Shown here: positions 30,001-45,000 of the stretch, piece by piece
Layout: every line of letters starts with the position of its first letter
Numbering within the stretch: position 1 is the stretch's first letter
Assembly: GCA_053919585.1 (NCBI GenBank)
Contig: CM132809.1
DNA length: 64,000 nucleotides
Reading direction: 5' to 3' (one strand)
Origin: Euprymna scolopes
Lineage: Eukaryota
Position numbers and translations under genes: made by a program
The notes under the pieces: model-generated
Told to the model about the DNA's origin: nothing
Seen by the model: only the letters and a program-made list of their open reading frames with translations
Databases searched by the model: none

Positions 30001-33000
30001 ACAATTGTGATCTAATTAAACATCTCTTATACCCATTGTGGAGGTATGTAGAAACAATTGTGATCTAACTCAACATCTCTTATATCAATTGTGGAGGTAT
30101 GTAGAAACAATTGGAATCTAACTCAACATCTCTTATATCCATTGTGGAGGTATGTAGAAACAATTGTGATCTAACTAAACATCCCTTATACTCATTGTGG
30201 AGGTATATAGAAACAATTGTGATCTAACTACACCTCTCTTATATCCATTGTGGAGGTATGTAGAAACAATTGGCATCTAACTCAACATCTCTTATATCCA
30301 TTGTGGAGGTATGTAGAAACAATTGTGATCTAACTCAACATCTCTTATACCCATTGTGGAGGTATGTAGAAACAATTGTGATCTAACTCAACATCTCTTA
30401 TACCCATTGTGGAGGTATATAGAAACAATTGTGATCGAACTCAACATCTCTTATATCCATTGTGGAGGTATGTACAAACAATTGTGATCTAATTAAACAT
30501 CTCTTATATCCATTGTGGAGGTATATAGAAACAATTGTGATCTAATTAAACATCTCTTATACCCATTGTAGAGGTATGTAGAAACAATTGTGATCTAACT
30601 CAACATCTCTTATATCCATTGTGGAGGTATGTAGAAACAATTGGCATCTAACTCAACATCTCTTATATTCATTGTGGAGGTATGTAGAAACAATTGTGAT
30701 CTAACTCAACATCTCTTATACCCATTGTGGAGGTATGTAGAAACAATTGGCATCTAACTCAACATATCTTATATCCATTGTGGAGGTATGTAGAAACAAT
30801 TGTGATCTAACTCAACATCTCTTATATCCATTGTGGAGGAATGTAGAAACAATTGTGATCTAACTCAACATTTCTTATATCCATTGTGGAGGTATGTAGA
30901 AACAATTGTGATCTAATTCAACATCTCTTATATCCATTGTGGAGGTATGTAGAAACAATTGTGATCTAACTACACATCTCTTATATCCATTGTGGAGGTA
31001 TATAGAAACAATTGTGATCTAATTAAACATCTCTTATATCCATTGTGGAGGTATGTAGAAACAATTGTGATCTAACTCAACATCTCTTATATCCATTGTG
31101 GAGGTATGTAGAAACAATTGTGATCTAACTCAACATCTCTTATATCCATTGTGGAGGTATGTAGAAACAATTGTGATCTAACTCAACATCTCTTACACCC
31201 ATTGTGGAGGTATGTAGAAACAATTGTGATCTAATTAAACATCTCTTATACCCATTGTGGAGGTATGTAGAAACAATTGTGATCTAACTTAACATCTCTT
31301 ATACCCATTGTGGAGGTATATAGAAACAATTGTGATCTAACTCAACATCTCTTATACCCATTGTGGAGGTATGTAGAAACAATTGTGATCTAATTTAACA
31401 TCTCTTATATCCATTGTGGAGGTATGTAGAAACAATTGTGATCTAATTAAACATCTCTTATACCCATTGTGGAGGTATGTAGAAACAATTGTGATCTAAC
31501 TCAACATCTCTTATATCAATTGTGGAGGTATGTAGAAACAATTGGAATCTAACTCAACATCTCTTATATCCATTGTGGAGGTATGTAGAAACAATTGTGA
31601 TCTAACTAAACATCTCTTATACTCATTGTGGATGTATATAGAAACAATTGTGATCTAACTACACCTCTCTTATATCCATTGTGGAGGTATGTAGAAACAA
31701 TTGGCATCTAACTCAACATCTCTTATATCCATTGTGGAGGTATGTAGAAACAATTGTGATCTAACTCAACATCTCTTATACCCATTGTGGAGGTATGTAG
31801 AAACAATTGTGATCTAACTCAACATCTGTTATACCAATTGTGGAGGTATATAGAAACAATTGTCATCTAACTCAACATCTCTTATATCCATTGTGGAGGT
31901 ATGTACAAACAATTGTGATCTAATTAAACATCTATTATATCCATTGTTGAGGTATATAGAACCAATTGTGATCTAATTAAACATCTCTTATACCCATTGT
32001 AGAGGTATGTAGAAACAATTGTGATCTAACTCAACATCTCTTATATCCATTGTGGAGGTATGTAGAAACAATTGGCATCTAACTTAACATCTCTTATATC
32101 CATTGTGGAGGTATGTAGAAACAATTGTGATCTAACTCAACATCTCTTATACCCATTGTGGAGGTATGTAGAAACAATTGGCATCTAACTCAACATCTCT
32201 TATATCCATTGTGGAGGTATGTAGAAACAATTGTGATCTAACTCAACATCTCTTATATCCATTGTGGAGGAATGTAGAAACAATTGTGATCTAACTCAAC
32301 ATTTCTTATATCCATTGTGGAGGTATGTAGAAACAATTGTGATCTAACTCAACATCTCTTATATCCATTGTGGAGGTATGTATAAACAATTGTGATCTAA
32401 CTCAACATCTCTTATACCCATTGTGGAGATATATAGAAACAATTGTGATCTAACTCAACATCTCTTATATCAATTGTGAAGGTATGTAGAAACAATTGTG
32501 ATCTAATTCAACATCTCTTATACCCAATGTGGACGTATGTAGAAACAATTGTGATCTAACTCAACATCTTTTATATCCATTGTGGAGGTATGTAGAAACA
32601 ATTGTGATCTAACTCAACATCTCTTATATCCATTGTGGAGGTATGTAGAACAATTGTGATCTAATTCAACATCTCTTATACCCATTGTGGAGGTGTGTAG
32701 AAACAATTGTGATCTAACTCAACATCTCTTATACCCATTGTGGAGGTATATAGAAACAATTGTGATCTAACTCAACATCTCTTATATCCATTGTGGAGGT
32801 ATGTAGAAACAATTGTGATCTAACTCAACATCTCTTATATCCATTGTGGAGGTATGTAGAAACAATTGTGATCTAATTAAACATATCTTATATCCATTGT
32901 GGAGGTATGTAGAAACAATTGTGATCTAACTAGACATCTCTTATACCCATTGTGGAGGTATATAGAAACAATTGTGATCTAACTCAACATCTCTTATACC

Positions 33001-36000
33001 TATTGTGGAGGTATATAGATACAATTGTGATCTAACTCAACATCTCTTATATCCATTGTGGAGGTATGTAGAAACAATTGTGATCTAATTCAACATCTCT
33101 TATATCCATTGTGGAGGTATGTAGAAACAATTGTGATCTAACTCAACATCTCTTATATCCATTGTGGAGGTATGTAGAAACAATTGTGATCTAACTCAAC
33201 ATCTCTTATACCCATTGTGGAGGTATGTAGAAACAATTGTGATCAAATTCAACATCTCTTATACCCATTGTGGAGGTATGTAGAAACAATTGTGATCTAA
33301 CTCAACATCTCTTATATCCATTGTGGAGGTATATAGGAACAATTGTGATCTAACTCAACATCTCTTATATCCATTGTGGAGGTATGTAGAAACAATTGTG
33401 ATCTAACTCAACATCTCTTATATCCATTGTGGAGGTATGTAGAAACAATTGGCATCTAACTCAACATCTCTTATACCCATTGTAGAGGTATGTAGAAACA
33501 ATTGTGATCTAACTCAACATCTCTTATACCCATTGTAGAGGTATGTAGAAACAATGTTGATCTAACTCAACATCTCTTATACCCATTGTGGAGGTATGTA
33601 GAAACAATTGTGATCTAATTAAACATCTCTTATACCCATTGTGGAGGTATGTAGAAACAATTGTGATCTAACTCAACATCTCTTATATCAATTGTGGAGG
33701 TATGTAGAAACAATTGAAATCTAACTCAACATGTCTTATATACATTGTGGAGGTATGTAGAAACAATTGTTATCTAACTAAACATCTCTTATATCCAGTG
33801 TGGAGGTATGTAGAAACAATTGGCATCTAACTCAACATATCTTATATCCATTGTGGAGGTATGTAGAAAAAATTGTGATCTAACTCAACATCTCTTATAT
33901 CCATTGTGGAGGTATATAGAAACAATTGTGATCAAACTCAACATCTCTTATATCCATTGTGGAGGTATGAAGAAACATTTGTGATCTAACTCAACATCTC
34001 TTATATCCATTGTGGAGGTATGTAGAAACAATTGTGATCTAATTAAACATCTCTTATATCCATTGTGGAGGTATGTAGAAACAATTGTGATCTAACTACA
34101 CATCTCTTATACCCATTGTGGAGGTATATAGAAACAATTGTGATCTAACTCAACATCTCTTATACCTATTTTGGAGGTATATAGATACAATTGTGATCTA
34201 ACTCAACATCTCTTATATCCATTGTGGAGGTATGTAGAAAAAAATTGTGATCTAATTCAACATCTCTTATATCCATTGTGGAGGTATGTAGAAACAATTG
34301 TGATCTAACTCAACATCTCTTATATCCATTGTGGAGGTATGTAGAAACAATTGTGATCTAACTCAACATCTCTTATACCCATTGTGGAGGTATGTAGAAA
34401 CAATTGTGATCTAATTCAACATCTCTTATACCCATTGTGGAGGTATGTAGAAACAATTGTGATCTAACTCAACATCTCTTATATCCATTGTGGAGGTATA
34501 TAGGAACAATTGTGATCTAACTCAACATCTCTTATATCCATTGTGGATGTATGTAGAAACAATTGTCATCTAACTCAACATCTCTTATATCCATTGTGGA
34601 GGTATGTAGAAACAATTGGCATCTAACTCAACATCTCTTATACCCATTGTAGAGGTATGTAGAAACAATTTTGATCTAATTTAACATCTCTTATATCCAT
34701 TGTGGAGGTATGTAGAAACAATTGTGATCTAATTAAACATCTTTTATACCCATTGTGGAGGTATGTAGATACAATTGTGATCTAACTCAACATCTCTTAT
34801 ATCAATTGTGGAGGTATGTAGAAACAATTGGAATCTAACTCAACATGTCTTATATCCATTGTGGAGGTATGTAGAAACAATTGTGATCTAACTAAACATC
34901 TCTTATACTCATTGTGGAGGTATATAGAAACAATTGTGATCTAACTCAACATCTCTTATATCCATTGTGGAGGTATGTAGAAACAATTGGCATCTAATTC
35001 AACTTCTCTTATATCCATTGTGGAGGTATGTAGAAACAATTGTGATCTAACTCAACATCTCTTATACCCATTGTGGAGGTATGTAGAAACAATTGTGATC
35101 TAACTCAACATCTCTTATACCCATTGTGGAGGTATATAGAAACAATTGTGATCTAACTCAACATCTCTTATATCCATTGTGGAGGTATGTAGAAACAATT
35201 GTGATCTAACTCAACATCTCTTAAATCCATTGTGGAGGTATGTAGAAACAATTGTGATCTAACTAAACATCTCTTATATCCATTGTGGAGGTATGTAAGA
35301 ACAATTGTGATCTAACTCAACATCTCTTATACCCATTTTGGAGGTATGTAGAAACAATTGTGATCTAATTAAACATCTCTTATACCCATTGTGGAGGTAT
35401 GTAGAAACAATTGTGATCTAACTCAACATCTCTTATATCCATTGTGGAGGTATATAGGAACAATTGTGATCTAACTCAACATCTCTTATATCCATTGTGG
35501 AGGTATGTAGAAACAATTGTCATCTAACTCAACATCTCTTATATCCATTGTGGAGGTATGTAGAAACAATTAGCATCTAACTCAACATCTCTTATACCCA
35601 TTGTAGAGGTATGTAGAAACAATTGTGATCTAACTCAAAATCTCTTATACCCATTGTGGAGGTATATAGAAACAATTGTGATCTAACTCAACATCTCTTA
35701 TACCCATTGTGGAGGTATGTAGAAACAATTGTGATCTAATTTAACATCTCTTATATCCATTGTGGAGGTATGTAGAAACAATTGTGATCTAATTAAACAT
35801 CTCTTATACCCATTGTGGAGGTATGTAGAAACAATTGTGATCTAACTCAACATCTCTTATATCAATTGTGGAGGTATGTAGAAACAATTGGAATCTAACT
35901 CGACATCTCTTATATCCATTGTGGAGGTATGTAGAAACAATTGTGATCTAACTAAACATCTCTTATACTCATTGTTGAGGTATATAGAAACAATTGTGAT

Positions 36001-39000
36001 CTAACTACACCTCTCTTATATCCATTGTGGAGGAATGTAGAAACAATTGGCATCTAACTCAACATCTCTTATATCAATTGTGGAGGTATGTAGAAACAAT
36101 TGTGATCCAACTCAACATCTCTTATACCCATTGTGGAGGTATGTAGAAACAATTGTGATCTAACTCAACATCTCTTATACCCATTGTGGAGGTATATAGA
36201 AACAATTGTGATCGAACTCAACATCTCTTATATCCATTGTGGAGGTATGTACAAACAAATGTGATCTAATAAAACATCTCTTATATCCATTGTGGAGGTA
36301 TATAGAAACAATTGTGATCTAATTAAACATCTCTTATACCCATTGTAGAGGTATGTAGAAACAATTGTGATCTTACTCAACATCTCTTATATCCATTGTG
36401 GAGGTATGTAGAAACAATTGGCATCTAACTCAACATCTCTTATATCCATTGTGGAGGTATGTAGAAACAATTGTGATCTAACTCAACATCTCTTATACCC
36501 ATTGTGGAGGTATGTAGAAACAATTGGCATCTAACTCAACATCTCTTATATCCATTGTGGAGGTATGTAGAAACAATTGTGATCTAACTCAACATCTCTG
36601 ATATCCATTGTGGAGGAATGTAGAAACAATTGTGATCTAATTCAACATCTCTTATATCCATTGTGGAGGTATGTAGAAACAATTGTGATCTAATTCAACA
36701 TCTTTTATACCCATTGTGGACCTATGTAGAAACAATTGTGATCTAACGCAACATCTCTTATATCCATTGTGGAGGTATATAGAAACAATTGTGATCTAAT
36801 TAAACATCTCCTATACCCATTGTGGAGGTATGTAGAAACAATTGTGATCTAACTCAACATCTCTTATATCCATTGTGGAGGTATATAGAAACAATTGTGA
36901 TCTAACTCAACATCTCTTATATCCATTGTGGAGGTATGTAGAAACAATTGTGATCTAACTACACATCTCTTATATCCATTGTGGAGGTATATAGAAACAA
37001 TTGTGATCTAATTAAACATCTCTTATATCCATTGTGGAGGTATGTAGAAACAATTGTGATCTAACTCAACATCTCTTATATCCATTGTGGAGGTATGTAG
37101 AAACAATTGTGATCTAACTCAACATCTCTTATATCCATTGTGGAGGTATGTAGAAACAATTGTGATCTAACTCAACATCTCTTATACCCATTGTGGAGGT
37201 ATGTAGAAACAATTGTTATCTAATTAAACATCTCTTATACCCATTGTGGAGGTATGTAGAAACAATTGTGATCTAATTAAACATCTCTTATATTCATTGT
37301 GGAGGTATATAGGAACAATTGTGATCTAACTCAACATCTCTTATATCCATTGTGGAGGTATGTAGAAACAATTGTCATCTAACTCAACATCTCTTATATC
37401 CATTGTGGAGATATGTAGAAAAATTGGCATCTAACTCAACATCTCTTATACCCATTGTAGAGGTATGTAGAAACAATTGTGATCTAACTTAACATCTCTT
37501 ATACCCATTGTGGAGGTATATAGAAACAATTGTGATCTAACTCAACATCTCTTATACCCATTGTGGAGGTATGTAGAAACAATTGTGATCTAATTTAACA
37601 TCTCCTCTATCCATTGTGGAGGTATGTAGAAACAATTGTGATCTAATTAAACATCTCTTATACCCATTGTGGAGGTATGTAGAAACAATTGTGATCTAAC
37701 TCAACATCTCTTATATCAATTGTGGAGGTATGTAGAAACAATTGGAATCTAACTCAACATCTCTTATATCAATTGTGGAGGTATGCAGAAACAATTGTGA
37801 TCTAACTTAACATCTCTTATACTCATTGTGGATGTATATAGAAACAATTGTTATCTAACTACACCTCTCTTATATCCATTGTGGAGGTATGTAGAAACAA
37901 TTGGCATCTAACTCAACATCTCTTATATCCATTGTGGAGGTATGTAGAAACAATTGTGCACTAACTAAACATCTCTTATACCCATTGTGGAGGTATGTAG
38001 AAACAATTGTGATCTAACTCAACATCTCTTATACCCATTGTGGAGGTATATAGAAACAATTGTGATCTAACTCAACATCTCTTATATCCATTGTGGAGGT
38101 ATGTACAAACAATTGTGATCTAATTAAAGATCTCTTATATCCATTGTGGAGGTATATAGAAACAATTGTGATCTAATTAAACATCTCTTATACCCATTGT
38201 AGAGGTATGTAGAAACAATTGTGATCTAACTCAACATCTCTTATATCCATTGTGGAGGTATGTAGAAACAATTGGCATCTAACTCAACATCTCTTATATC
38301 CATTGTGGAGGTATGTAGAAACAATTGTGATCTAACTCAACATCTCTTATACCCATTGTGGAGGTATGTAGAAACAATTGGCATCTAACTCAACATCTCT
38401 TATATCCATTGTGGAGGTATGTAGAAACAATTGTGATCTAACTCAACATCTCTTATATCCATTGTGGTGGAATGTAGAAACAATTGTGATCTAACTCAAC
38501 ATTTCTTATATCCATTGTGGAGGTATGTAGAAACAATTGTGATCTAACTCAACATCTCTTATACCAATTGTGGAGGTATGTAGAAACAATTGTGATCTAA
38601 CTCAACATCTCTTATACCCATTGTGGAGATATATAGAAACAATTGTGATCTAACTCAACATCTCTTATATCAATTGTGAAGGTATGTAGAAACAATTGTG
38701 ATCTAATTCAACATCTCTTATACCCATTGTGGACGTATGTAGAAACAATTGTGATCTAACTCAACATCTATTATATCCATTGTGGAGGTATGTAGAAACA
38801 ATTGTGATCTAACTCAACATCTCTTATATCCATTGTGGAGGTATGTAGAACAATTGTGATCTAACTCAACATCTCTTATACCCATTGTGGAGGTATGTAG
38901 AAACAATTGTGATCTAACTCAACATCTCTTATACCCATTGTGGAGGTATATAGAAACAATTGTGATCTAACTCAACATCTCTTATATCCATTGTGGAGGT

Positions 39001-42000
39001 ATGTAGAAACAATTGGCATCTAACTCAACATCTCTTATATCCATTGTGGAGGTATGTAGAAACAATTGGCATCTAACTCAACATATCTTATATCCATTGT
39101 GGAGGTATGTAGAAACAATTGTGATCTAACTCAACATCTCTCATACCCATTGTGGAGGTATATAGAAACAATTGTGATCAAACTCAACATCTCTTATATC
39201 CATTGTGGAGGTATGTAGAAACAATTGTGATCTAACTCAACATCTCTTATATCCATTGTGGAGGTATTTAGAAACAATTGTGATCTAACTCAACATCTCT
39301 TATATCCATTGTGGACGTATGTAGAAACAATTGTGATCTAACTCAACATCTCTTATATCCATTGTGGAGGTATATAGAAACAATTGTGATCTAATTAAAC
39401 ATCTCCTATACCCATTGTGGAGGTATGTAGAAACAATTGTGATCTAACTCAACATCTCTTATATCCATTGTGGAGGTATATAGAAACAATTGTGATCTAA
39501 CTCAACATCTCTTATATCCATTGTGGAGGTATGTAGAAACAATTGTGATCTAACTACACATCTCTTATATCCATTGTGGAGGTATATAGAAACAATTGTT
39601 ATCTAATTAAACATCTCTTATATCCATTGTGGAGGTATGTAGAAACAATTGTGATATAACTCAACATCTCTTATATCCATTGTGGAGGTATGTAGAAACA
39701 ATTGTGATAAAACTCAACATCTCTTATATCCATTGTGGAGGTATGTAGAAACAATTGTGATCTAACTCAACATCTCTTATACCCATTGTGGAGGTATGTA
39801 GAAACAATTGTGATCTAATGAAACATCTCTTATACCCATTGTGGAGGTATGTAGAAACAATTGTGATCTAACTCAACATCTCTTATATCCATTGTGGAGG
39901 TATGTAGAAATAATTGTGATCTAACTCAACATCTCTTATATCCATTGTGGAGGTATGTAGAAATAATTTTGATCTAACTCAACATCTCTTATATCCATTG
40001 TGGAGGTATGTAGAAACAATTGTTATCTAACTCAACATCTCTTATATCCATTGTGGAGGTATGTAGAAACAATTGTGATCTAACTCAACATCTCTTGTAT
40101 CCATTGTGGAGGTATGTAGAAACAATTGTGATCTAACTCAACATCTCTTATATCCATTGTGGAGGTATGTAGAAACAATTGTGATCTAATTCAACATCTC
40201 TTATACCCATTGTGGAGGTATATAGAAACAATTGTGATCTAACTCAACATCTCTTATACCCATTGTGGAGGTATATAGAAACAATTGTGATCTAACTCAA
40301 CATCTCTTATATCCATTGTGGATGTATGTAGAAACAATTGTTATCTAACTCAACATCTCTTATATCCATTGTGGAGGTATGTAGAAACAATTGTGATCTA
40401 ACTCAACATCTCTTATATCCATTGTGGAGTTATGTAGAAACAATTGTGATCTAACTCAACATCTCTTATATCCATTGTGGAGGTATGTAGAAACAATTGT
40501 GATCTAACTCAACATCTCTTATATCCATTGTGGAGGTATATAGAAACAATTGTGATCTAACTCAACATCTCTTATATCCATTGTGGAGGTATGTAGAAAC
40601 AATTGTGATCTAACTCAACATCTCTTATATCCATTGTGGAGGTATGTAGAAACAATTGTGATCTAACTCAACATCTCTTATATCCATTGTGGAGGTATGT
40701 AGAAACAATTGTGATCTAACTCAACATCTCTTATATCCATTGTGGAGATATGTAGAAACAATTGTGATCTAATTCAACATCTCTTATACCCATTGTGGAC
40801 GTATGTAGAAACAATTGTGATCTAACTCAACATCTCTTATATCCATTGTGGAGGTATGTAGAAGAAATTGTGATCTAACTCAACATCTCTTATATCCATT
40901 GTGGAGGTATGTAGAAATAATTTTGATCTAACTCAACATCTCTTATATCCATTGTGGAGGTATGTAGAAACAATTGTTATCTAACTCAACATCTCTTATA
41001 TCCATTGTGGAGGTATGTAGAAACAATTGTGATCTAACTCAACATCTCTTATATCCATTGTGGAGGTATGTAGAAACAATTGTGATCTAACTCAACATCT
41101 CTTATACCCATTGTGGAGGTATGTAGAAACAATTGTGAACTAATTCAACATCTCTTATACCCATTGTGGAGGTATATAGAAACAATTGTGATCTAACTCA
41201 ACATCTCTTATACCCATTGTGGAGGTATATAGAAACAATTGTGATCTAACTCAACATCTCTTATATCCATTGTGGAGGTATGTAGAAACAATTGTTATCT
41301 AACTCAACATCTCTTATATCCATTGTGGAGGTATGTAGAAACAATTGTGATCTAACTCAACATCTCTTATATCCATTGTGGAGGTATGTAGAAACAATTG
41401 TGATCTAACTCAACATCTCTTATATCCATTGTGGAGGTATGTAGAAAAAATTGTGATCTAACTCAACATCTCTTATATCCATTGTGGAGGTATATAGAAA
41501 CAATTGTGATCTAACTCAACATCTCTTATATCCATTGTGGAGGTATGTAGAAACAATTGTGATCTAACTCAACATCTCTTATATCCATTGTGGAGGTATG
41601 TAGAAACAATTGTGATCTAACTCAACATCTCTTATATCCATTGTGGAGGTATGTAGCAACAATTGTGATCTAACTCAACATCTCTTATATCCATTGTGGA
41701 GATATGTAGAAACAATTGTGATCTAATTCAACATCTCTTATACCCATTGTGGACGTATGTAGAAACAATTGCGATCTAACTCAACATCTCTTATATCCAT
41801 TGTGGAGGTATATAGAAACAATTGTGATCTAATTAAACATCTCCTATACCCATTGTGGAGGTATGTAGAAACAATTGTGATCTAACTCAACATCTCTTAT
41901 ATCCATTGTGGAGGTATATAGAAACAATTGTGATCTAACTCAACATCTCTTATATCCATTGTGGAGGTATGTAGAAATAATTTTGATCTAACTCAACATC

Positions 42001-45000
42001 TCTTATATCCATTGTGGAGGTATGTAGAAACAATTGTTATCTAACTCAACATCTCTTATATCCATTGTGGAGGTATGTAGATACAATTGTGATCTAACTC
42101 ATCATCTCTTATATCCACTGTGGAGGTATGTAGAAACAATTGTGATCTAACTCAACATCTCTTATATCCATTGTGGAGGTATGTAGAAACAATTGTGAAC
42201 TAATTCAACATCTCTTAGACCCATTGTGGAGGTATATAGAAACAATTGTGATCTAACTCAACATCTCTTATACCCATTGTGGAGGTATATAGAAACAATT
42301 GTGATCCAACTCAACATCTCTTATATCCATTGTGGAGGTATGTAGAAACAATTGTTATCTAACTCAACATCTCTTATATCCATTGTGGAGGTATGTAGAA
42401 ACAATTGTGATCTAACTCAACATCTCTTATATCCATTGTGGAGGTATGTAGAAACAATTGTGATCTAACTCAACATCTCTTATATCCATTGTGGAGGTAT
42501 GTAGAAACAATTGTGATCTAACTCAACATCTCTTATATCCATTGTGGAGGTATGTAGAAACAATTGTGATCTAACTCAACATCTCTTATATCCATTGTGG
42601 AGGTATGTAGAAACAATTGTGATCTAACTCAACATCTCTTATATCCATTGTGGAGATATGTAGAAACAATTGTGATCTAATTCAACATCTCTTATACCCA
42701 TTGTGGACGTATGTAGAAACAATTGTGATCTAACTCAACATCTCTTATATCCATTGTGGAGGTATATAGAAACAATTGTGATCTAATTAAACATCTCCTA
42801 TACCCATTGTGGAGGTATGTAGAAACAATTGTGATCTAACTCAACATCTCTTATATCCATTGTGGAGGTATATAGAAACAATTGTGATCTACCTCAACAT
42901 CTCTTATATCCATTGTGGAGATATGTAGAAAAAATTGTGATCTAACTACACATCTCTTATATCCATTGTGGAGGTATATAGAAACAATTTTTATCTAATT
43001 AAACATCTCTTATATCCATTGTGGAGGTATGTAGAAACAATTGTGATCTAACTCAACATCTCTTATATCCATTGTGGAGGTATGTAGAAACAATTGTGAT
43101 CTAACTCAACATCTCTTATATCCATTGTGGAGGTATGTAGAAACAATTGTGATCTAACTCAACATCTCTTATATCCATTGTGGTGGAATGTAGAAACAAT
43201 TGTGATCTAACTCAACATTTCTTATATCCATTGTGGAGGTATGTAGAAACAATTGTGATCTAACTCAACATCTCTTATACCAATTGTGGAGGTATGTAGA
43301 AACAATTGTGATCTAACTCAACATCTCTTATACCCATTGTGGAGATATATAGAAACAATTGTGATCTAACTCAACATCTCTTATATCAATTGTGAAGGTA
43401 TGTAGAAACAATTGTGATCTAATTCAACATCTCTTATACCCATTGTGGACGTATGTAGAAACAATTGTGATCTAACTCAACATCTATTATATCCATTGTG
43501 GAGGTATGTAGAAACAATTGTGATCTAACTCAACATCTCTTATATCCATTGTGGAGGTATGTAGAACAATTGTGATCTAACTCAACATCTCTTATACCCA
43601 TTGTGGAGGTATGTAGAAACAATTGTGATCTAACTCAACATCTCTTATACCCATTGTGGAGGTATATAGAAACAATTGTGATCTAACTCAACATCTCTTA
43701 TATCCATTGTGGAGGTATGTAGAAACAATTGGCATCTAACTCAACATCTCTTATATCCATTGTGGAGGTATGTAGAAACAATTGGCATCTAACTCAACAT
43801 ATCTTATATCCATTGTGGAGGTATGTAGAAACAATTGTGATCTAACTCAACATCTCTCATACCCATTGTGGAGGTATATAGAAACAATTGTGATCAAACT
43901 AAACATCTCTTATATCCATTGTGGAGGTATGTAGAAACAATTGTGATCTAACTCAACATCTCTTATATCCATTGTGGAGGTATTTAGAAACAATTGTGAT
44001 CTAACTCAACATCTCTTATATCCATTGTGGACGTATGTAGAAACAATTGTGATCTAACTCAACATCTCTTATATCCATTGTGGAGGTATATAGAAACAAT
44101 TGTGATCTAATTAAACATCTCCTATACCCATTGTGGAGGTATGTAGAAACAATTGTGATCTAACTCAACATCTCTTATATCCATTGTGGAGGTATATAGA
44201 AACAATTGTGATCTAACTCAACATCTCTTATATCCATTGTGGAGGTATGTAGAAACAATTGTGATCTAACTACACATCTCTTATATCCATTGTGGAGGTA
44301 TATAGAAACAATTGTTATCTAATTAAACATCTCTTATATCCATTGTGGAGGTATGTAGAAACAATTGTGATATAACTCAACATCTCTTATATCCATTGTG
44401 GAGGTATGTAGAAACAATTGTGATAAAACTCAACATCTCTTATATCCATTGTGGAGGTATGTAGAAACAATTGTGATCTAACTCAACATCTCTTATACCC
44501 ATTGTGGAGGTATGTAGAAACAATTGTGATCTAATGAAACATCTCTTATACCCATTGTGGAGGTATGTAGAAACAATTGTGATCTAACTCAACATCTCTT
44601 ATATCCATTGTGGAGGTATGTAGAAATAATTGTGATCTAACTCAACATCTCTTATATCCATTGTGGAGGTATGTAGAAATAATTTTGATCTAACTCAACA
44701 TCTCTTATATCCATTGTGGAGGTATGTAGAAACAATTGTTATCTAACTCAACATCTCTTATATCCATTGTGGAGGTATGTAGAAACAATTGTGATCTAAC
44801 TCAACATCTCTTGTATCCATTGTGGAGGTATGTAGAAACAATTGTGATCTAACTCAACATCTCTTATATCCATTGTGGAGGTATGTAGAAACAATTGTGA
44901 TCTAATTCAACATCTCTTATACCCATTGTGGAGGTATATAGAAACAATTGTGATCTAACTCAACATCTCTTATACCCATTGTGGAGGTATATAGAAACAA

